Shown piece by piece: positions 22,924 to 39,628 of a stretch of DNA of 64,000 nt. The position numbers were made by a program, and so were the translations under genes. The notes beneath the pieces are model-generated. The model was not told where the DNA came from. It saw nothing but the letters and a program-made list of their open reading frames with translations, and made no database searches. The stretch comes from Scenedesmus sp. PABB004 (taxonomy: Eukaryota), in the NCBI GenBank assembly GCA_014905635.1, contig JABVCE010000002.1:992001-1056000 (forward strand). Direction: 5' to 3'. Numbering within the stretch: position 1 is the first letter of the stretch; each line of letters begins with the position of its first letter.

Positions 22924-25900
22924 GCGTTGCTGCTGCGCCTGCTGCTCGGCAGGGCCGCCAGCCCAGCTGGAGGGCGGGAGCTGCTTGATGGCGGTCACGG
23001 GCGCGCGCACCAGCTGGCCCAGGCCGCCGCTGACACCCCGCACCAGGCTGGAGGCCACGCCAGCGCCCGCCGCGCCCGCGGCGGAGGCCCCCGGCGGCTG
23101 CGCCTGGGCCTCTGCCTGCGCCGCCGGCGCCTGCTGCTGCAGCGCCGGCAGCGCCTGCTGGCTCTGGGGCGTGGCCTCCCTGCCGCCGCTGAAGGCGGCG
23201 GGCGCACCACCGCCTGCCTTGGCGCCGCCGCCAGCCTCGAGCTCAGGTGTCGCCTCGCGCGGCTGCGAGCGCACGCCGGCCAGGCCGCCGAGCTGCTGGC
23301 TGGACTGGCTCGCTGCCGCACCGCCCAGCTCGCTGGCCTGGGGGCCCTCCGTGTCCGACGGCTCGCCCTCGCCGCCCGTGAGCGCGCCGCTGCCGCGCTC
23401 TGGCGTGACCGACGTGCCCATGCTGCACGCCTCGCCCGCGCCGCCGTGGGCGCTCGCGGCTGCGCCGCCCGCGGCGGCGCCGAGGCGGCTGCGCGCGGCG
23501 CTGCGCCCCGGGCCGCCGCCGGCGGCGGCCTCGGGGCTGCTGCCGTCGGCGGCGGCCGTGCTGCGGCCCTGCACCTCATCGCCGTCCACGTCGGGGCTGG
23601 CCTCCGCGCTCATGCCGGTGAGGGCCGCGCCGGTGGGCCCCGTGCCGGGCTTGGTCGACAGGCTGGTCGCCTGCGAGTACGCGCCCAGGCCGCCCGTGTG
23701 CTCCGGCCCCGCCGCGTCGTCGGCGGTGGCGTCGCCATAGTCTGGCAGCATCTCTGACGCCGGCGGCGTGGGGCTGGGCGTGGCCAGCAGCAGGGGCGGC
23801 GTCGGCTCGCGCGGCCCGCCGCCCGTCACGCCCGACAGCTCGGCCGCGGGCGGCGGCGCCGCGGACGCCGGCGACGGCGCGCCCGCCGCGGCGCCCGCCG
23901 CCGCGCCCGCCGCGGGCGGCGCCGCCGCGGCCCTGCTGAGCGGCTGCTTGGGCGGCAGGCGCGGCGGGCGCGGCACGGCCAGGTCCAGGCTGATGTCGCG
24001 GAAGGGGTCGTGCGCGGTGCTGGTGTGCCCGCACGCGCAGCAGCGCACGTCGCTGCGCAGCAGCCCCGAGAACACCAGCTCCACCAGCGACGCGCACGCG
24101 CCCGGCGGCGCCGCGCTTGCGGCTGCGGCAGGGCGCGGCGCAGGGCGGGCGGCGTGACGGGCGGCGGGCCGGGCGCGGCGCGGCCGGGCGTGGCGCGGCG
24201 GCGGGCGCCGTCGGGCGTGGCGGCGGCGCGCAAGCGGGCGGCGCGCCCGGCCGGCGCGGCGCGCCGCGCACCTTCCGCCTCGCCCTCCGGCTCGGGCGTC
24301 GCGCCGCTGCTGACGGGCGTCTCGCAGCCGCTCATGTCGCCGACGGGCGCGACCGGCGTGGCCAGGCCCGACTGCTGCGACAGATCAAAGCCCTGCCACC
24401 CGTTGACGCCGTCGGCCGCGGGGGACGCGCCGTAGGGCTGCGGCCAGCCGGCCTGCAGCGGCATGGGCCGCCCCAGCACATCCAGCCGCGCCGCGCCGCC
24501 CGCCAGCAGCTGCTGCTGCTGCTGCTGCACGTCGGCCAGGCCGGCGCGCGTCAGCCGGCTGCTGGGTGTGACCCCGCCTGCGCCCGCGCCCGCGCCGCTG
24601 GCCGCCGCACCGCTGGCCGCCGCGCCGCTGGTCGCCGCCGCGCCGCTGGCCGCTGCGCCGCTGGCCGCTGCGCCGCTGGCCGCGCCGCCGCCGCCGTCGC
24701 CGCCGTCGTCCGCGCCCGGCGGCAGCGGCACGAGGGAGCCGGAGAGGCCCTCGAGCAGTGAGAGGTAAAACTCATGCGCATCCTGCTGTTGGTACCCGGC
24801 CAGGCTGTCGGCGAAGCGCCACCACTGGTACAGGAACTCGGCGGGGCTGAACGGCGCGCGCGCGCCAGAGTAGACCTCGCCAAACACGCTCTCCTGCGGG
24901 CGCGCGGGCGCGCGCCGCGCGGCGGGGCTCGAGCGCGGCGCGCTGGGGGGCGGCGCGCGCCGCGGCGCGCGCGCGGCGCGGTGCGCACCATCTGGCAGGA
25001 GAGACAGGGCTTGCCGCGCAGCGTGAGCCGGCAGCTGCTGGGCGTGTGGCCCTCGCCGAGGTAGAAGCTGGGCAGCACGGGCGCGTGGAATAGCACCTGC
25101 GCCGCGGCGCGCGCGCGGCGCCGGCGTCGGCCGCGCAGCCCGCGGCGCGCACGCGCGGCGGCGCGGCGGTGTGGTGGTGGTGCGCGCGCGGCTTGCAGGA
25201 CGCTGTGCGCCGCTGCCTCGCCTGCAGGACGCTGTTCATGAAGCATGTGTTGCCCAGGTTGTTGAGCCCCGCAGTCCGAGCGGGAAGCCGTCGCCCGGCG
25301 CCTCCAGCGCCGCCCAGCCGCCCAGCCCCGCGAGCGCCTGCTCCGGCTCGGGGCCGCCGACCGCGGTGAGGCTGCTGCAGCTGCTGGGCGCGCCCGGCGG
25401 CGAGCCGCCGCCGGCGCCCGCGCCGCCGTCGCCGGCCGCCGCCGCGGCGAGCAGGCGCTGCCGCTTTGCCTGCATGCGCTGGCCCGGGTCGCTGTCCGGC
25501 AGCTGCGCGGGCGCCGCGCCGTCGGAGCGCCCCGCCAGCAGCTGCTGGCTCGCCAGCTGCGGGCGCGAGAGCGGCCACGCGGCGGCGGCGGGTCAGCGGG
25601 CGAGCGAGTGAGCCCCGGGGCTGCCTGTACCGCAGCCGGCACCGCCGCACGGCGCGCCAGCCCCGAGTGCGGGCGCGCAAGCAGCCGCGCCGCGCCAGGC
25701 GCGCCAGGCGCGCCAGCCCCCCCCCCCCCTGCCCAGCGCTTGCGGCGGCGCCGTGCGCGCACCATCAGCGCCTCGTCAAAGGCCTCGTCATACACATAGT
25801 CCTGGCAGGACCGGCAGAACAGCTCCAGGCGCGCCGTGTCCAGCACCAGCGCGTGACCTGGCGGCCCCGCGCGGCGGGCGGCGGGCGGCGGACGTGGGCG

Positions 25901-26372
25901 CGGGCGCGGCGGCCGGCGCGCGGCCCGCAGCGCGCGCCGTCCCGACCAAGCGCCGGCTGCCCGCTGCCGGCGGCGGCGCACCGCAGCCGCCCTTGTCGAG
26001 CGTGGCCGACGCGGGCGCGTTGCACGCGAGGCAGTGAAACGGCAGCGCATCTCCGCCCTCGGCGCCCTGCGGCGGCCCGGCGGCGAGCGCGCGCTGAGCC
26101 AGCAGCGCGGCGTGCCGCGCGCTGCCCCGCCCCCCGCGCCGCTGCCGTCATCGGCCCCGGGTCGCCGCCTGCTGCGCGGTGCCACGCGCCAGGTCCGGCG
26201 CCGCAGCGGCTGCGCGCGCTGCAGCGTCGTCGCCGCGCGCGGCAACAGCGGCGCCCGCCGCCGCACGCACCTCGCTCGCGCCCAGCAGCCGCCGCAGCAG
26301 GCCGCCCACGCCCGCGATGGCGTCTTCCTCCGCGTGCTCACAGGGGCCCCCGCGGGCGCGCTTGGCGGCCAT
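20176..26372 (-). CDS. Ubiquitin-specific protease, USP22/UBP22/Ubp8-like, with a very large low-complexity insertion; two apparent 1-nt frameshifts
   Basis: ZnF-UBP-like HALVLDTARLELFCRSCQDYVYD, Cys box GLNNLGNTCFMNSVLQ, LAGYQQQDAHEF, VFSGLLRSDVRCCACG, DPFRDISLDL, LCLHVKRFEH, His box HHGDMAGGHYVSYV, AYMLFY. The uncorrected stop is at 20361; the frameshift-corrected stop is at 20176. Confidence 0.88.
21728..21790 (-). repeat. (CAG)n polyglutamine tract in the USP insertion
   Basis: Long (CTG)n run on the + strand, read as Gln in the coding frame. Confidence 0.9.
22685..22740 (-). repeat. Second (CAG)n polyglutamine tract in the USP insertion
   Basis: (CTG)n run on the + strand. Confidence 0.9.
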
Positions 26373-26690
26373 GGCCGCGCCGAGTCTGCTCGCGCCTGCC
26401 CGCGGTCGCGGCGCCCTCTCACGGCCTCACGGGATGGCTCCGTAGCTCCATCGTCGCTCCACGGGTGCGCTCTGGTGGCTGCGGGAGGCTGGTTGGCGCG
26501 CTGCGCGGCCAGCCAGCACCGCGCTCCCGAACCGCGCTGCTGCAGGGCCCGCCGCTCGCCGCGCTGGGAGCTCTGCGCCGGCCCACCGATCGCGATCACT
26601 GCGATCACGTCGGTTTTGACCACGCACAGCTGCGGCTGCATCACACCAGGCCACCGCAGCTCCCCGGCCTCCGCGCGCAGCGCCGCCACC

Positions 26691-27812
26691 ATGGGCCGCG
26701 AGCGCCGCAGCCGCTCGCGCTCCCGGGACCGGCGGAAGCGCAGCAGGAGCAGAAGCCGGGAGCGGCGCCGCAGGTGTGCGGCGCGGCCCGCCCCCGCGGG
26801 CCGCTGCTCGCGCGCCGCCGGCCGCTGCTCGCGCGCCGCCGCCGCTCACGCGCGCGCCCCGCCGCTGCCCTGTGCAGCCGCAGCAGAGACAGGAGCGACC
26901 GCGGGCGCTGGGCGCAGCCCGAGTCGGGCGCCACACCCAGCGTGGTGAGCGCCCGCGCCCGCGCGAGCAGCAGTGGCGCCGCCGCTGCTCGCCGCCCGCG
27001 CCCGCGCCGGCAGGAGAGCGCGCCGGACCCCGCGCGCCGCCCACGCTCGCGCCCCGCCGCCGCCCTTTGCCCCCGCAGGCGCAGATGCAGGCGCTGGCGG
27101 CGGCGCAGCTGCAGCGGCAGATGGCGCTGCAGCAGCAGGCGCAGCAGGCGGCGGCGCAGCAGCAGCCGCCGGGGGCGCCCGGCGCGCCCCCGGCGCCGGC
27201 GGCGTGCCGGCGGCATCGGCACTCGTCGCCGCGGCGCTCGGCGCGGCGGCGGCGATGCGGCGGTGGCGGCGGTGCGGGACGAGGGCACGGCGCGGCGCGC
27301 GCGCGAGCTGTTCATCGGCAACCTCGCGGGCGACCACGTGACGGTTGAGATGCTGACAGAGCTCTTCAACAAGGCCCTCGCCGGCATGGTTCCCGACCCC
27401 GTCGCCGCGCCGCCGGTCCTGCTGGTCAAGCCCGACCCCTCGGGCCAGGGTGCGGCGCGCGCCCGCGCGGTCTTCGCGCGCTGCGCGCCGCGCGCCGCGG
27501 CAGCGGCAGCCGCAGCGGCCCCGCCGCGCCGCCGCCGCCGCCGCAACTGCGGGCGCCGCTGCTGCGCAGGGCGCTTCTGCTTCATTGAGTTCCGCACCGA
27601 GGAGCTGTGCACGACGGCGATGAGCCTTAACGGCACCGAAGTCATGGGCCGGCCCATGAGCATCGCGCGGCCCAAGGGCTACATCCCCATGGCCGCAGGC
27701 ACCGCGAGTGAGCCCCGCCCGCCCGCGCGCGCGCGCCGCCGCCACCGTCGGAGCGCGCGCGCCGGCGGCCGCGCGCTGTGAGTGCCGCGGCGCCGGCCGG
27801 CCCTGAACCGCC

Positions 27813-27846
<34 letters not shown>

Positions 27847-28760
27847 TGGGACGCGCAGCCGCAGTGAGCGACGCGATCACGGCAGCGCAGCAGATCGCGG
27901 CCGCAAAGGCGGGCGGGGTGACGCCGGTGGTGCTGCTGGAGGGCATGCTGGACGCCAAGACTATCCGCAGCCCCGACGAGCGCCAGGAGGTGCGGGCCGC
28001 GCGGCGGGCCAGGGCCCGCCCCGGCAGCGTGCACGCCGCGCAGGGCCGCCCGGCGCGCCCGGCGCTCGCCGTCACGCGCCCGGGCCGGCGCCGCCGCTGC
28101 GGCAGGTGTCTGAGATGGTGTACGAGGAGAGCGTGCGCTGCGGCAAGGTGCTGGGCATCGCGGTGCCGCTGCCGCCGTCCGACGTGAGCGACGAGACGCC
28201 GTGCCGCGCGTTTGTCAAGTTTGCGACGGGCGAGGCGGCGGCCAAGTGCAAGCAGATGATGGACGGCCGCCTCTTCGACGAGGCCAAGGCGCGCGGGCAG
28301 CGCTTTAGCTACTAGCAGCGCCGCGCCTGCGCGGCCTCGCGCAGCGCTGCGCTGGCTCGCGCAGCACGAGTCCCGGGGACGCACTTTGTAGGGCGCAGCG
28401 CTCCCGCGCCGTGCCGACGCGGGCGCGCCGCCGTCGCCGCGGCCGCAGGTGACGGCGCAGCACGTGACCGAGGTTGACTACACGCGCGCCGCCGCGGGCG
28501 AGTGGGCGCCGCCGCTCACGCTGCCGCCGGGCGTGCCGCTGCCGGGCATGCCGGGCGCGCCGGGCGCGCCGGGCGCGCCGGGGCTGCCTGGCATGCCTGG
28601 CCTCCCGGGCATGCCGGGGCTGCCGGGCATGCCGCCTGGCCTGCCTGGCCTGCCCGGCCTGCCGGGAATGCCGGGGCTCGCGGGCGTGCCTGGGCTGGCC
28701 GGGATCCCCGGGCTGACCATCCCCGGGCTGGGCGCCGGCTTGCCCGCGGCGCCGCGCTGA
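26691..28760 (+). CDS. U2AF65-like splicing factor: RS region, one RRM, UHM and a (PG[LM])n tail; two apparent 1-nt frameshifts
   Basis: [36 protein letters not shown]...[21 protein letters not shown]...[18 protein letters not shown]...[15 protein letters not shown]...AFVKF...MDGRLFD. Stop at 28760, TGTAA at 28771. Confidence 0.8.
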
Positions 28761-29218
28761 CGCGGGCGGCTGTAAAACGCACGGACTGCCGCCAGTCACA
28801 CTGTGCGGCCAGTCACACTGTGCGGCCAGTCTCCCAGCTTTGCCTCTTCTCCAGCTTTGCCTCTGCTCCCCCTGATCAAAGCCCCGCGGATCCTCGCCCC
28901 ACGGATCACACATGACAGGTGTGGCGCGCGGGCGCTCGCAGGCAGTCACTCCCTGTCCCCTGAACCATAGATGTTGTGCGCCGCTCCGTCCCGGGCCCCC
29001 CTCCAGTTGCCACGGCCCCCCTAGGTGCCAGCCCACACGCCCCCTCACTGCGCGCGGGCGCGCGGCGCCTGCGCCTAGCAGCCCAGGCCCCGCCGCTCGG
29101 GCCGCCGCAATCAGCGAGCCGCGCGATGAAAGAGCAATCAGCAGGGCGCCGCGGTGGGTTGCTGCGGCGGGCAAAGCGAAGTGATGGAGGTGACGCGCGG
29201 CGCCGTTCACGGCCACGC

Positions 29219-31449
29219 TCAGGCGGTGTCGTACGTGATCCGGTACACGGCACTGGCGGTATCGTCACTGAGCAGCATGGAGCCGTCCGGCAGGAACTCC
29301 AGGTCCGCGGGGCGGCCTGCGCGCGACAGAGACAGGGCGAGGGGGGGGGGGTCACGGGCGTGCACTCGCACTGGGGCGCCCGGCGGCTCGCCGGCGGCTG
29401 GCCGGCGCGCAGCGCGCAGCGCGCGCAGCGCGCGGCCGCCGCACCCCAGGGCTCGCGGCGCACGCCGGGGCCGGGCGGCGTGAGGAAGCCGTTGAGGAAG
29501 ACCTCGTGGTTGCTCGTCTTGCCGGTGGAGGGGTCGACGTCGATGGCCGCGACGCGGAAGCCGATCGCGGTGTCGCGGTTCCAGCTCCCGCGCTCGACGA
29601 TGAAGAGGCGGCCGGCGTAGGCCGCAGGGAAGTTGCCGCCGCCGGCGTAGAAGCGCAGGCCGAGCGGCGCGACGTGCGGGCCGAGCGTCTGCAGCGGCTG
29701 CACGACGCCGTTGCCCGGGTCTGCGCGCGCGGCGCGGGGCGGGGTGAGGCGCGCGGCGGGGCCGGGTGAGATGCTCGCGCGCGCGCGCGCGCGCCGCGCG
29801 GCACGCCCACGGCACCGCCGCGCACCGTTGCAGTTGACGACGGTGTTGTTGGGGTTCTGGTCGGGGTTGGGGATCGGGCGCCCGCTCCCGGGGCTGCGCA
29901 GCGCGGGGGGCCCGGTGCCGACGTTGATGCAATACGGGTAGCCGTAGTTGGGCGCCTTGCCGTCCTTGCCCGGCACCAGCCTGCGCGCGCGGGGGGCAGC
30001 GCCGCGCGGCTCGTGGGCGCGCGCGCCGCGGGGCGCGCGCGCGGCGGGGCGCGGCGGGGCCGGCGCCGGCGCGCGGGGGCCGGCGCTGGCGCCGCGTGTT
30101 TTGAGCTGTGCGGCGGCCGCACCAGTTGAGCTCGCAGTCGGGCTTGTTGTTCCCCATCTCGTCGCGGCCGTTGTCAGTGAAGAAGAGCCGCCCCGTGACC
30201 GGGTGCCACGTCATGCCCACGCAGTTGCGCACGCCTGCGCGCGCCAAGTGCCGCCCCGCGGCCGCGCGCGTCAGCGCCGGCGCGCCGCGCGCCCGCGCGG
30301 CCCCGTCGCGGCCCGCGCCGCGCCGCACAGCCGCCGCCCGCGCACCGTCTGCGATCAGCTCCTTGGCCACGGGCGACTTGGTGAGGTCGAGTCTGTAGAT
30401 GGTGCCGTACTTGTACCCGCGCACCGTGTCCTGCTTGCAGGTGTTGCAGTTGATGCCGATCGCGACGAGCAGCCGGCCGGCCGTGTCAAACGTCATGTAC
30501 CGCCACCCGTGCCAACGGTCGCCGGGGAGCTCGTTCGTGACGAGCTCGACGTCGGTCGGCGTCAGCGTCTGCGCGCGCGCGCGGCGGCGGCGCCACGGGT
30601 CGGCGGCGCGCGCGGCAGAGGGCAGCCGCGCCGCGGGCACGCGCAGCCCCGCCGCCGCCGCCGCCGCCGCCGCGCCGCCGCCGCCTCTGCCGCCCCGATC
30701 CCGCCGCCGCCGCCGCGCACCGTGCCGTTGAGGGCCTTGGCGTGCACGTCCCGCACGACCCAGATCGCGCCGGGGCCGGGGGTGGTGGCGTCTGCGTCGA
30801 AGTAGCCCGCGATGTAGAGGCAGCCGCCCTTGCACGCCGCGCCGTCCGACCAGAGCGCGATGCCGTTGGGCGTGTTGAGCCCCGTCACGAGGCGCAGCGT
30901 GGTGTCGACCACGCCGTCGCTGGTGAGGTCGATCAGCGCAAACACCTGCGCGCGCGCGCCGGCGCGCGGCGGCGGTGGCGGCGGGGCGTCGGCGGAGGTG
31001 CGGCTGCTGCCGCCGCTGTGTGCGCGCTGCTGGCGTGTGGGCGCTCACGTCGGAGGGCTCGCCGCCCCAGCCCTTGCGGCTGCCGACGTAGGTGATGGTC
31101 GCGTCGCCGACCTTGGTCGAGACGAGCGAGCGCGCGTACTCCGCGTCGGCGTACTTGACGATGCTGAACCCCTTGCCCGCAACCTTGGGGATCACACGCA
31201 GCTTGCCCACCTTGGGACCCGCCGCCACTGCACGGGCGGGGCGGCGCGGGCGCCGGCGCGGCGCAGCGGCAGCAGCGGCGAACGTCGGCACCGGCGGCCG
31301 CCGCGCGGCCAGGGCGCCAGCCGCCCGCGGCATGCGCGTCGCCGGCGCCTGGCATCACAACCCGGCCCAGGCGGCCACGCACGGGCGCTGGAGAGGCAGG
31401 CGAGCACCACGAGCGCCCCCACGACACACGCGCCGCGCGCGACGGCCAT
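29219..31449 (-). CDS. Secreted glucose/sorbosone dehydrogenase-family beta-propeller protein
   Basis: Signal peptide MAVARGACVVGALVVLACLSSA, GLNTPNGIA, HGWRYMTF, GVRNCVGMTWHP, LFFTDNGRDEMG, NYGYPYC, HVAPLGLRFY, ERGSWNR, GRPADLEFLPDGSMLLSDD. Confidence 0.88.
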
Positions 31450-32006
31450 GGTGGTGCACACGACCCGAGGGAGACGCGGGACGAGGAAAGCACGGGGAGC
31501 GACGGTACGCGGCGGCGTTGGTCGAGCCTGGCGCGGGCGCGCGTGGGGCGCGCGCGTTGGCCGCGCGTGGACGGCGCGCGCGGGTCGGGCGATCGCGGCT
31601 GACGGTGACCTGTCGAGCGGGAGTGTGGCGGCAGCGGAGCGCTGGCCCGAGTAGATGCGGCGCCCCCCGGAAGCGGGGCTGGCGCGCTTCCGCCGAACGC
31701 CCACGCCCGCCGCCGGCCGCTCACGCGTGTCGGGCGCGTGCCAGGCACGCCGGCCGCGCCACCGCGCGGCCGGCGCTCGGTCGAGAGCGCTGCGCGGCAG
31801 CGGTGACGCCGCTGCCAACGGCGAGTGGCGGTGACGCCCGCAGCGAACGCGGCGAGCGCGCGGCGCGACCTCCTCCGGCCAGGCAGCGCCCAGGAGCGGC
31901 AGTCAGTCACCACCGCCCGCGCCACGCGATCCACGCAGGCACGAAACGACCACGCAGGCCGGTCAAGGGTCGCGCACGCCGCGCGCCCGGTCACCCCCCC
32001 GCGTCA

Positions 32007-39173
<7,167 letters not shown>

Positions 39174-39628
39174 CGCGCCCTCCCGCCCGGGGGCGCGCTC
39201 CGCGTCGCTCCCGTGCGCCGGCGCGCCTCAGCGGGCGCGCGGGGGCATGCGGCGCGCCGGCGGCGCTCGAACGCCGCGGCTGCGCGCTGGCGGGCGGCGG
39301 CGGCGCGTCGCGTGCGTGGGGCAGCGCCTGCGGGCGGGCCTGCTGCCTGGCGGCGGTGAGGGGGGGTCGCGGAGTGGCGTGCGGGGCGGGCGTGGGGCCA
39401 GGGCAGCAGGCGGGCGCGGCAGTCTGCCGGACGCACGGGTTCCGCTCCGGCAGTGGTCTCCGGCGCCTGGGCTCGCGCACCGCACAGCGCTGGCGGGCCG
39501 CCCAGCGCCGGGCGCGCGCGCGCACGCCAGCAGCAGCAGCAGCAGCAGCAGCGGCAGCACAGCAAGCACCGCGGCCTCAACGTAGCGCGCGCGTGCGGCG
39601 GGGGGGTGACGCGCCCTGGCCGCGCGCC

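Noticed and set aside
22637..23757. Poly-Cys and poly-Leu ORFs on the + strand
   Set aside because: They are antisense readings of the (CAG)n polyQ tracts in the USP gene.
28288..28449. In-frame TAG at 28313-28315 suggesting stop-codon reassignment
   Set aside because: It lies in a GC-AG intron after ...GCCAAG, and splicing restores the frame. No evidence for a non-standard code.
28791..28831. 17-bp tandem repeat gccagtcacactgtgcg as a possible CRISPR-like unit
   Set aside because: Direct tandem copies with no spacers, in a eukaryotic 3' region. A simple slippage duplication.
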